A DNA stretch of 61,999 bases, counting the filler, from Choristocarpus tenellus KU-1152 (taxonomy: Eukaryota; Protista; Phaeophyceae): assembly GCA_964200185.2 (NCBI GenBank). It is 11 parts of 11 records of this genome, joined end to end, with 100 filler letters (N's around TTAATTAATTAA, not from the genome) between each part and the next. Parts side by side here need not be neighbours in the genome. Positions count along the whole stretch, not along the records: positions 36,066 to 46,331 come from CAXNAD020003027.1; positions 46,432 to 50,538 come from CAXNAD020016172.1; positions 50,639 to 54,150 come from CAXNAD020019532.1; 8 more parts are not named here. One strand, 5' to 3'. The notes below the pieces were generated by a model. The model saw nothing but the letters and a program-made list of their open reading frames with translations, did no database searches and had not been told where the DNA came from. Shown piece by piece: positions 40,083 to 51,699 of this stretch. The translations under genes and the position numbers were made by a program. The first letter of the stretch is position 1. The number at the start of each line of letters is the position of its first letter.

Positions 40083-40761
40083 CGAAAAAGACAAGCGCAA
40101 ACAAAAATCACCCATGATGTGCTTTCCCTTTTTACCCTGTATGCGTGTTCACAACGCTCAACACAGATGACAGAACAAGCACAAGGGCTCTCGCANNNNN
40201 NNNNNGTGTGTGTGTGTGTGTGTGTGTGTGTGTCGAAAAAGACAAGCGCAAACAAAAATCACCATGATGTGCTTTCCCTTTTTACCCTGTATGCGCGTTC
40301 ACAACGCTCAACACAGATGACAGAACAAGCACAAGGGCTCTCGCAAGAGAACAATGCCTCGCAAAAAAGATCAAAACAAACACGACCAAGGGCACCAGAG
40401 CATCAACCAACACCTTCAAGACCCCTTAGCAACCAGAGAGGACGCACCTTGTTGTGGGGTGTGGCGTTGTGTGGCAGCCAACTAAAGAAGAGGAGCTTAT
40501 TGGTCTTCCTCCCATCATGTGTTGTGTATGCCAGATCATAGACAGCGTATCTGCAGTCACTGTACGGAAGTGACTCCTTCAGCTCTGTCGGCCCTGCGGC
40601 AGGCTCTCCCACTGATTCTGCGACAACCTGGGTGCCGTCTATGCGCATGACCACATATCGGTGTCTGCGACGCAGCTTTAGCAATCGCAGCTTCTCCAAG
40701 AGGTCAGACGACATGTCCACTGGGGACTCCGCGCGGTTGGTGTGGATCAAAACCTCCCCCC
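39362..40761 (-). CDS. ADF/cofilin (ADF-H) domain protein, 3' exons 40761-40448 and 39502-39362; upstream exon(s) unresolved
   Basis: LKLRRRHRYVVMRID..VVAE, LPYSDCRYAVYD, KLLFFSWLPHNATPHNK|MAYSHGK; phase-0 GT-AG join; acidic tail GDDDGDESDIDF*. Confidence 0.88.
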
Positions 40762-41505
40762 CTGTCTTCAGGTGAGGCTCAGTCGACTTTGGATGCATAG
40801 AAGGGGGGCAGGTGGGAGGTAGGGTTTGGAATGACATGCAGTGGGTAAGGGGCTGGGTGTGTTGCAACCTTTAGGTGGTGGCATCAGTGTTTATGCCCCG
40901 CCCTTTTTCCATTGGCACTGCTGCAATTTAGATGTGTGAGCATGGTGGGGGCTAACCTTGGACTGAGGTTAACCAGTCTGTAGTTTGTTGTACAGAGTGT
41001 AGTATATGTTAGTCGCAGGATTTACTTAAAAGTAAATATTCACATAGTACTAAACATCATAGCATGATACACGTTTGCAAGTTGAGACTTTAGGTTTAAA
41101 CAGAAGAGGGCAAATACAAATACAGCAACAAGATAGTGTTAACTCGCAAAATGTAATTATAGTTCATGGTTCCATCCAAAATCGAAAAATCCAAAATGGT
41201 GTGATGTGATCAACTGTTGACTTCACATCTTAGAAGGCTATCACATGTAGAAATTGACCCCTCTAGACACCACTGAGTGAGTAATTTCTCAAGAGCATCA
41301 TAGCTATTATACACCCCAGAAAATATCAAACCAACACCAGGCACTAGAATGATTTTGCTCACAAAGAATGGGATCAAAAATGTCCAATCTTGGACAACAG
41401 TTGCTTTGTATCTGGAGGGTTTATGGGCGAGTGGAAGTAAAACCGAGAAAAACAAGTGAATCCAACTGGGAAGTAGAGGAGCCCAGAGAAGCTCCAAAAC
41501 CACAC

Positions 41506-41889
41506 CTGAGATACGGAAGGAGTGGCATATCCTACAACTCTGGCAGAGGAGGCAGGGGGTAGGGTTGCAAATGCAGAAGGTGGAGAGGAGGGAGTACTCT
41601 CAGGGGTTGGAGTCAGGGCCTGGATTTGGCCTTCGTCAGGTTCAACGTGAGGGGCCTCAACTCCCACTGCAGCAAGGGTCTGAGATGGGTCGGAGGCAGA
41701 ACTCGTATCATCGACAGGATCTGGCACCGGAGGAGTCTCCTCGGGACCCATGTCCCTACTCAAACTGGGTTCTACACATCCCTCCAGGTCAACCCCGGCA
41801 CCTTCAGGGTCATGCCCTCCTTGTCCACCGGCCCCATCTGATGGTGGAGGGTGTTCCGTCTCTGCCTGTGTGTGAAACGGAGATTCCAC
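41506..41889 (-). CDS. Probable acidic/Pro-rich exon, possibly an upstream part of the ADF-H gene
   Basis: Open GC-rich frame ending CAG|GTGTGG; linkage and phase to the ADF exon are not established. Confidence 0.35.
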
Positions 41890-44782
41890 GGACTCTTAAG
41901 TTTTGTTGTAGATCTTGGTAGATGGAGTATGATCTCACCACATAGATAACTCTTCCAAAACGGTCCTGCCTACTTCGGCTAAAACTATGACAAAAGTAGG
42001 CTAAGCTCTGAGGAGATGTAATGGCATGATTAAAGAGTCGATCATCACCCTAGTATGTTAGATATTTTACTTGGTGTACAGCACCTCAAACGCACTCTGC
42101 ACCTCAAGCGCACTTACAACCGCAATGCCTCACAGTGAAAGTGGAGTCCTCGAAATTTTCCCTTCCTTCCCCAGAGTCGTTGACCATTCCTGTTGGTGAT
42201 AACAATTCTTCCACTGAAGCGGGAACCTTGGTCTCACCCTGGGCGAAAGCGTTGCAGGCCACCCTGAAAGGGAATGATCGAAACATACCAAGGACCTTCA
42301 CCACAAACAAGGGTAAATGCCAACAATGAGCTCAATACCAATGTAGGAGCTTTAGCATTACTCCATATGAGAGCACAACATAGGTGAAAATTTTTCACAT
42401 CTTACAAACATTTGGGAATAAAAGTAAACATTCACAACGGGGGAGACACCTCCCTTCCAAGTTTCTCGCCTGATGCTCTATACGTTCCTGCTCCACTTGC
42501 GAGACCGATGGAACGTTATACAAACCCGAGAGTTCGTGCAGGCAGGAAAATGTTTGTAAGAGAACATTTTCTGGACTATTATTGTGCAAGAGGTGACCAA
42601 GCACCTCGTGGAGGCGGGGATCTACCTCCATCGATGGATATTTTCTATGTTGCCATTTTTGGAGGTGTTGATAAATAGGGTTTCGAATGAAAAGGGCGTG
42701 TTTTGGTGTTAACCGATACTTGTTTTAATATTTAAACCCTTCCACTCATATTCTGGTTTGTTGGTTACTATCCCAAACACGCCGCGTCTACACTCTCCCT
42801 ACACCGGTTATCCAACCGCCCATTTTGTCCCATTTCACCCCTTTCGACGCATCCTGAGCTACGCTCAAGTGATGTTCAAGCTATGCAAGGATATTAACGG
42901 CCCATGCAGGTGGTGTAAGCTCGTCTTGAAGATTAGGTATGGTATAAACTGAAATGTCGAAAGTCACTTTTGAACTAGTGGATTCCATCCTGGAAAACTA
43001 CTCGTCTCAGGTGTACGTGAATGAAATATGAACATAGCTCTTTGCTTATCATTCTTCTTCAAATTAGCACTGCATAACCGTCAAAAGAAAAAAAATGTCA
43101 GTTTTATTTTTGGGGTATCCCTCTCCCATCCTCAGGACTTAGACTGGTCAGCACCGCTTGAGTTCTACAATCTTGCCAAGAGGGGGTGCTGGTTCCTGGC
43201 ACAGCAGATGGAAGCCTTGATCCATGCTACTCTACCGTGGATGGAGAGATGGGTAAATACACTGCTCTTACAAATCTGCATCAATCCACTCACGAACCAC
43301 AGAGTACGACAGATTCAATCATCCCATCTCCAATATCTCCCTTTCGTAGGTAAACGTGGAGTTGCTCGAAGCAAATGAGGGTATTCACGAGGTGCAGGCA
43401 GCGAATCTGAAGCGAGAACATCAAGCAAAAAAGATAACAGACCTGAGTTTTTGATTGGAAATTGAAAAAAAAGACGGGAAAAGGGCACCCTTATTGGGAA
43501 ACCTATCTCGTAGCGACACGAAGATGGCCGTTGCTCAGAGAACACCACAATTATGGCCATTGCTGATTGAGGCGATACCGGGGTTGACAAAAAAGATTGG
43601 TCAAGACCATCAAGAGGAGCTTTTATGTGGTATTGTGCCTCAAAGTACACTGCTCCGGAATGAGAAACTGCAAATGATATGTTCAAGGGAGTAGATAGGT
43701 GTATTGTTTTATCCCACCACTTCTCTCCTCCACTCTTCCTGGGTTGACCAGACAAGATATTTCGTATCATGGGCGAGTTGTTCCGGACCCACCATGATCC
43801 TTTTTCATTTCTCCATTGTCATATGTTCGTTTCAGGAGGCTTCACGCAGGTGTACTATCCAGCACCCTGTATTAATGATTCTCTTGAGACTTCAGTCTGT
43901 CAATAAACTCTAGCTGACAGCCACAGACACAGAGAACGGAAACGGGGACACTTTGAGATGAGTTTCAATGTAAAAGAACTATGTTCCTCCCTTCTATGTA
44001 TCGGCGTCATCATTGATGTCCAGGAACCGGAGACATTTATTGCATCTCCGCGCACAGTATGGATATGCGCAGGAGTCGATTGCGATATTTCAAGAACCAA
44101 GCAGTGTTGTTTTCTACTGCATTTTGTAGTCACATTTGACTTTGAAGAGTCGGTCAAGTGCGGCAAAGTTGCAGAAGTCTTAAAGTGGACACTTAGGCGG
44201 ACGTTGGTTTTGGTCTCCTTGAAAGAATGAAATACTGTAAGAAGAGCAAACGTATTGGGAACCTTGCACTTATACCACTACTACAAATTGCATCATCCCT
44301 TTCTCGCATGCATATATTTTTTCAGTTCTAATTCTGCGTTTTACTTTCCGATTCAGCACACTCGAAATTTACTTGAATTTCGAGATATGGAATAGCCTAT
44401 TGCATCAAATGATGAGGTGCCTTCCCCCCCTGTGTCCACGGCATTGCGGCATGAGAGTTTTGAATCAATTTGCACTTTTGTAGTAAATAGTGAAATAAGT
44501 GGGGTGGAAGAGTATTCACAATATACGCGAGCACTTCAAAGTAGAACTCGTGTTCGAACAAGTTTTTTCGTGACGATCCATCCATAGGGACCAGTTGCTG
44601 TCTTTCGTTTGTTCAATCTATCCAATATCAGGAGGAAGGTGCAATCTCTTTTCTTTCTGAATACTTAAGTCCTAGCGTTGCAATTCAACCTTTGTTGCTG
44701 TTGCCTCTACCACATGGTTCACCTGACACACACCCTTACCCCACCATTCCCTCCTAGACTCTTTCCCAAGAGTTTAGCTTGT

Positions 44783-44962
44783 GTCTCAAAGTATATCGGG
44801 GGGGGGGTGGCGGCTGTCAATTTGGAGTCAATATTTTCATGTCACGATTTATCGGTTATTTGGTTGCATACGTCGAATGGATAATGTAAAATTCACTTTT
44901 CCTGATTTTGGCCCAAATGGACACCCTGGTCTAGACCCCCCCCCCCCCAGATACTTTGGGGC
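44783..44962. mobile_element. MITE family B, full copy
   Basis: GTCTCAAAGTAT ... CCAGATACTTTGGGGC; colinear with the 33579 copy; TSD imperfect. Confidence 0.85.
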
Positions 44963-46291
44963 TGTCTTCATTCACAATCACCTTGTTTCAAATATCCCCG
45001 TGGTTACGGCCCACACCAGCTAGGACAGGGCCAGGAAGAGTCTTATTCCTCCTCAGAAAAATCTGTCAGCAACAGTAACAAAGGGGATACTTTCATGGGG
45101 GATTACAAAGCTAGTGGCTGTAAGCCTCTCAAGCAACAACTCTCCTAATGTTGGTAGCAATGGGGGAGTCCAAGCGGACGGATTGGTGGAGAGTCACCTG
45201 CCCTGAGACCAGATCAGACACATTGCATGGTGATCCAGAAGGTAGGGGGCGATATTCGAAGCAAGATTTCAAGTGGGTGCAAAAGTTTGATCTTTGTCGT
45301 TCCACAGCTCTACCAGAGAATTGTGCACATTGAAAGGCTATACCCAAATATTGTGTTGAGTAGCTGGGAAAAACATCTGAGAGTGTACTACTCTAGAATA
45401 TAGTAGTTGAAACCAAAGATATCAAGTGACAGACACTCTGACCCTTGACTGCCCAACAGCGGGCTTTTGCCTTATCTGCCATCCTCGGCCGCTATTTTGA
45501 TATATTGGGGCTATGGATTCCGGAGCAAGTCTAATATTTCGAAGAAAATATACTTGAATACCGACACTCTGAAAACCACCGGGAAACAATTGAAACTTAC
45601 ATCCTTACAGTACGCAGATATAACGCAGGTATATGGTGTTGGTGAGGAGGTTTGGCTTGGTAGAGTGGATCACACAACACAATTGCTATAAAAAGTAGAA
45701 TATATGTATAGAGGACTCTGGAAATATGGGAAGGCCTTCCCAGCAGTTGAGGCCCAGCAAAATACCCTTGTCTACCCGCAGACCGTCAAGAAATCTCAAT
45801 CACGACCCGTCGCCTGACATATTTTGTTGCAACTCGAGCAGAGGTGAGCTCTGACTTCAAAGTCTTGAAATAGTTGGACACAATTTTTCACTTCAGTGTA
45901 CCTCCACTCTCCAGTGGAACTGGAAGGCGATACGATTAAGAAGAGAGTGCTTAGTACGTTTCATCCCTTTCTCAACTGCAAGACCAGGGTGACTGGTAGG
46001 ATTAACACCCTGGACAGATTAAACCTAGTCAACCCTTCTTGCCCTTCACCTCATTATAATCACACAAAAAATAAAATCCCCCCTCCTTCACTCCCCAGCA
46101 TCACACACACGCCCACCAACCTTGACACCGTTAGACCAATGAACCACACCATTACACAAATTTGGAATCATATGAAAATATGCTGTACCGACTGAACATG
46201 TGTGTATATTTATGTCCTCCTTTAGTTAATGACTTGTAGCAGCAGGACCAAATTCCTCCTCCTCATGTTGGAGTGCTGGGTCAGAAGGTGA

Positions 46292-46331
46292 GGCTCAAAG
46301 TATCTGGGAGGGGGTGGCGGCTGTCCATTTG
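46292..46331. mobile_element. MITE family B, fragment at contig end (further fragments at 24134-24155, 50639-50742, 54080-54150)
   Basis: GGCTCAAAGTATCTGGGAGGGGGTGGCGGCTGTCCATTTG. Confidence 0.8.
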
Positions 46332-46431
46332 NNNNNNNNNNNNNNNNNNNNNNNNNNNNNNNNNNNNNNNNNNNNTTAATTAATTAANNNNNNNNNNNNN
46401 NNNNNNNNNNNNNNNNNNNNNNNNNNNNNNN

Positions 46432-49400
46432 GGGGGGATTGGACGAGGTGAAGGATGTGGGGGATCATACACAGGGCCAAACACCTCAAACCTTACACAG
46501 TGGTTGTGATGATGTTCAAAGCCAGGCTAGAACTGAAGACTTGACTAGGGGTGGGGCTGGGGGAAGGAACCAGGTGAAGGATAAGGGGAATCATGGACAG
46601 GACCAAACATCTCGAACCTTGCACAGTGGTAATGATGATAACCAAAGCCAGTCTAGAACTGGGGGTGGGGCTGGGGGAATGGACCAGGTGAAGGATGGGG
46701 GGGATCATACACAGGGCCAAACACCTCGAACCTTAGACAGTGGTAATGGTGATAACCGAAGTCAGCCTAGAACTGAAGACTTGACTAGGGGTGGGGCTGG
46801 GGGAAGGGACCAGGTGAAGGATGAGGGGGAAGGACCACAGTTGGAGGAGGTGGCTCGCTTGAAGGTTCTATTGGAGGAGGAGAAGAGGGCCCGAGCGTAA
46901 GTGTTGATTGGAACCAACATTATTATTATTATCATTATTATTATTATCATTATTATTGTTACTACTATCTCTGAGGTTGGGGTCAGAAATATGTGATTTT
47001 TTGATTTTTTCCTTAGTTCAAATTTAGTGTTCTGAAATGAGCTATTGGTAAGAAATGTGTTTTTTGTGATGCGTAGTGCATGGTCTCTTTGCATCCAAGT
47101 CCAATATGTTTCCATGTTCACATACAGTGTTAATGTTTGGAAGGCGGTGGTGTTGTGGTCTGTCCTACTCCTTCACCTGTGAACACGGCTGAATTGTTTT
47201 CCTGAATTGTTGGTAATGCTACCAATTCAGTTAATTGTTAGTAGTACAGTATGCCGTTGTAGCCAAGCCAAGGTGTTTAGTGTTCAAATATGATGATGCC
47301 TGATATTGAAATAGATAATATACTTTTTTGTATCTCCAACTCTATTTCTATTCAAATGTAAAGTGAAGTAATTTTTTTTAGTAATTTTTTTAAGCGGGAG
47401 AAATTGTTCTTGATAATCAATGCCCCCTAACCCTACCCTACTTGAGACATAGTTTACAATATTCTGGACAAAAAAAGTTGTATCATATTTTTTGCAGGAC
47501 CCCATGCAGTCCCGTGCTATTGCATTTTGGTCTCAAAATTCCAATATTGTTAGTCCCCTCACTCCCCCCCCCCCTCTCTCTTGAATCCTTCCTCACCTCC
47601 CTGTATATTACAACTGTTATTACATATTACATGTAGTTGTGCAGAGGGTCGTATCTCGGAGCTGGAGGGATTGGTGGCAAATACAACACCACATGTACAA
47701 TCCAGAACTACATACACAGTACCCCCAGGGCCACCTGTAATACCAGAGGAGGGGGATGCTGGCATGCATGACCCAATTGTTAGCCCAGGAGGCTATTCTG
47801 GGGATATGCATTCAAGGGTAGTGTCATGGTCTGATACTGCAGTGGAACACTCCTCCTTCGTGGGTGGTGGGGGTATTGGAGGAGAAGAAGAGGTACAGTG
47901 CAGTGTGGACATACACCTTGGGAAGGGGTGATGCTTTGATTCTTTGATGTGGATGATTATTGAGGGGGGAGGGGGGGGGGAAGGGGAAGGGAGGAGGCTG
48001 CAGGGGAAAGCGTTCTGTCTTCTGAATTGAATGTTTTGCATGTGTTGGTTACTCTCTCTATATATATATATGTGTGTGTTGGTATTGGTGTGGGGAATGA
48101 TGGTAACTCTGTTGGAGGTGTTGGGGGGTGTGTAGGTAGTGTGTGTATACCAATATGTGTTACATATATGTACTAGTTGCAAAACGGAACTAGTTTTTTT
48201 AAATCACTCCTTGAAAACAATCTCAGCAGTGGCACCTTCATTTGTTGTTGTTGTTATTTATTATTTTTATTACTATTGATTTTATTGATAAGATAATTAT
48301 TCTTATTTTATTACTACTGATTTTGTTAATAAGGTAATTATTCTTATTTTATTGTTATTGATTTTATTAGTAACATAATTGTTCTTATTTATATTGCTAT
48401 TGTTGCCCCACCCCTCTACCTGTTGAACCTGTTCCCCTGTGTAGGAGGGGTCATGGTACACTTTAGGACGAAGCTTGAGTTCTTACCGCACTGGAGGGCG
48501 CAGTTTGGGTGCAATAGTAAGCCCCAGGTGAGAGAGACATTTGAGTTCTTAATAATCTGAGAGTTTGAATCTAAATTGAGGTAATGGCAAAGTTTGTGGG
48601 TGTGAAAGGGGTCATGGACCCGTGTTTAAGATAAGGGGTTAGTGTTAGGGTTAGTGTTAGGGTTAGTGTTTGTGGGAATGCTGTATGAGGTCGTGTGCTG
48701 ACTTGACATGTCTTTTGATGCAAAACTGAGTGCATTTTTGATTTCCTGACTTCCTGACAATGTGTTAGTGCAGTGGGGTGTGCTCTGGTAGTTTGTCTAT
48801 CACTCTAGTTACTGTTAGGAATGGATGATTGTGATGAAATGCAGTATATAGTACAGGGTACCATACATTGATGTGTACTGTATGAGGGGGGGGAAATGAT
48901 GTAGAATTGGGTTTAGACTTTGATTGGGAAGGAGGCAACAACTGCATCGATGTGTTCCTCCTGCAAGGTTGAGGTTGTCATTGCTACTCCCCAGTTATCT
49001 TGTGAGACTTCCTTGAGCTAAGGGGCCTATAGCCGCCCTTTCAAACTGTTTTGTCAATTCTCTGCAAAGATGTGAGAATGCTTGTGAAGATAGGAATTGG
49101 CACTACCAACAGTAGTACATTTGTGTTATTGTGCAGGGCCAGTGTGTACAAAGTGGTTCTGTACTTTCTGAAGTTCCGATTTGTAAAATTGTTCCATGTA
49201 AATTATTCCAATGGTTACTTGGTTGCTTCAGAGTGTAGGGCTTGTGCCCCTCTGCCATTGTTCTAAGGGGTTCATTGCGATATCTTCCATACACGGTGGT
49301 GCTGTTGTACCTTAGACCCCTAACCCTAACCCTATAAATACGTAAATGGAGCAGTGCTTGAAATGAGACAAGGTGTTTTTTTTTCCTCAAATGAAAAAGA

Positions 49401-50416
49401 AATGTTACGATATATGTATGTATTTTTTGAAATGGACATCAAAGTCTTCTTTTTTTCGGGAAACCTAAAATTGAGACATTTTCATACTAGAGTTCCGTTC
49501 AAATTCAACTTTAAAAAGGGTCATTTAGAACTTCCTGTCAGTTTTTCTACCTATAGGAATGAATGCCTTTGCCTTGCAAGCTTCCACACTAGCCCTAGCC
49601 CTTTGTTGATTGAATACATTACTTGAAACAGTATTTTATAGGTGCATTGCAGATTCATACCTCGTCAACATCCATTGCCTATCATAAATACTGTCTCCCT
49701 TCTACCCAAATTTTATATCAGCTCAACCAGGAGAGGAATTGTTGAGATACCTAGGCGCCATGATCAGGCTAGCCAGGTTGGTGAAGGGCGAGACGAAATC
49801 AGCACGGCATTGAGTGGCCTTACTGTGGGGGCTGGGGGAGGAGACCTTGAGGCTGCCTTGGTGAGTGACGACCTTAAAAAAAAGTGGTTCATTCTTGTAC
49901 TAACAGTAGGGATAGTTATTGATACTAATTAATTGTAATGTGCTTTAAAATAATTTGCATTGCGTGTACAAGTTGTTTTGTTATCAATATTGATGCAGTA
50001 CTTGGATGATGCAGTACTTGGATGACGCCATTCATGGCTTGCAGTTTGGCAATTTAATTTGAGGTCCATACTATGGGCGATCAGTAAGGCAATGCTTTGA
50101 GGCACACCCAGTGACTGATTGGGGTTACTCCTCCAAAGTTTTGAATGTTATGGTCCTTTTCAACCTCTTCAGCCAATGATGTGTCCTTCTGCCAACCCCT
50201 TCACTCCACACTTACCGCAGACCTTCCCATTCCACTACAATTGTGATGTTTTTGTTTTGTGTCCAATTCCATCATGACCAGGTGCGCTTGATGGAACTGG
50301 AAGATGAGAACAAATCTCTCAAGAAGTTGGTTGCTCAGTGGACAGAAGAAGATGAGGGGGAAGAGGAAACCCCACAAAATTGGACAGGGAGAGTGTCGTA
50401 CCTATATTGGGACATG
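46432..50416 (+). CDS. Partial coiled-coil protein with N-terminal 42/38-aa tandem repeats; exons <46432-46896, 47637-47892, 48445-48527, 49722-49860, 50282-50416>
   Basis: Four consecutive GT-AG junctions with matching phases (2,0,2,0); coiled-coil segments LEEVARLKVLLEEEKRARA|CAEGRISELE and DLEAAL|VRLMELEDENKSLKKLV. Confidence 0.75.
48262..48400. repeat. AT-rich ~41-bp tandem repeat, about 3 copies (intronic)
   Basis: TACTATTGATTTTATTGATAAGATAATTATTCTTATTTTAT-like unit at 48271, 48312 and 48353. Confidence 0.75.
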
Positions 50417-50429
50417 GTATAGAGAGAGA

Positions 50430-50465
<36 letters not shown>

Positions 50466-50781
50466 AAGGGGAGGGGGGGGGGGGGGTTGCTTGGTGTGTT
50501 TCGTTGTGGGTGGGCGGGGGGTGTGTAGAGTGTGTAGGNNNNNNNNNNNNNNNNNNNNNNNNNNNNNNNNNNNNNNNNNNNNTTAATTAATTAANNNNNN
50601 NNNNNNNNNNNNNNNNNNNNNNNNNNNNNNNNNNNNNNGGTTGCATCTGGCCAGTGGAATATGGACGTACCGTTGGCCGTGTCGTGGCCCAAAGGGACCC
50701 CCCGGTGTGGCCCCCCCCCCCCTCCCGCAGATAATTTGAGCCAAATCAAGGAACATAAATTGATTTCTCTTGAGTTTACAA

Positions 50782-51570
50782 CCTCTATCCCATGAGTCTG
50801 TACCGTTACGGTTTTTTGTGAATAACGTTTTCAAATGTGAGATTAAAAAAATAACAACTAATATCGTTTGAAAGCCAACAATTGGCATAAATATAAACAT
50901 CTTCAAACATTTTTTTTGTTTTGAAATGAATTTGAACCATTCCCTGATTTATTTTTTTTCGGAAATGGCGGATTTAGCAAAGACAGCAAAATCGGTCAAA
51001 AGTGGCTGAAAATGGTGGTTAATCAGCCATAACGTCTTATCGACACTTCCGATGAATACGCAGTTAGTTGCGTTGGATTCCTTGATGAGGCGTTTCTTGC
51101 TTTTAAGTAATTACTCGTCACTCTCATTCTCTCCCTCAATCTCCACCAAGTTGTGACTGCATTGTACATGTCTCTCTCAATGGGGATCAAGTGTTCCAGA
51201 ACACCCTCAGGAGGGAATGAGAGTGACGAGCAATTAAATAGTGCAAAAAACGCCTCATCAAGGAATCCAATGCAACTAACCGCGTCTTCATCAGAGGTCT
51301 CGTTGAGACGTTATGGCTGAATTACCACCATTCCACTTATTTTGGGGCGGTTTTGCTATTCTTGCTAAATCTGCCATCACCAAAAAAAAGTGTTTGTGCT
51401 CAGGGAATGGTTTCTCAGCCATTTCAAAATAAATATATATATTTTTTAGCTATCTATGTTTAAGCTGAAGTTGTTGGCTTTCGAACGATATTATTAGTTT
51501 TTTTTCTGAATCTCACATTTGAAAGCGTCATAAATGAAAAACATAATGACACAGACTTATGGGATAGAGG
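50782..51570. mobile_element. Foldback-type element: ~355-bp imperfect inverted arms around a ~75-bp spacer
   Basis: CCTCTATCCCATGAGTCTG...GGATTCCTTGATGAGGCG...CTCGTCACTCTCATT mirrored by AATGAGAGTGACGAG...CGCCTCATCAAGGAATCC...CAGACTTATGGGATAGAGG. Confidence 0.8.
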
Positions 51571-51699
51571 AGTATATAGACACTCCGTACACTTTGCTTC
51601 CTTGGCCACAAGCATGTCACAATAATATCCATTGCACAGCAACCATCAACGCTTGGTACCATTGTTACCACCATGCCTCGCCAGTCTTGTGGAAAACCT

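Noticed and set aside
40054-40345. ~140-bp tandem duplication in the ADF intron
   Set aside because: Near-identical copies sit either side of an N gap next to a (GT)n tract; probably unmerged overlapping contig ends or alleles.
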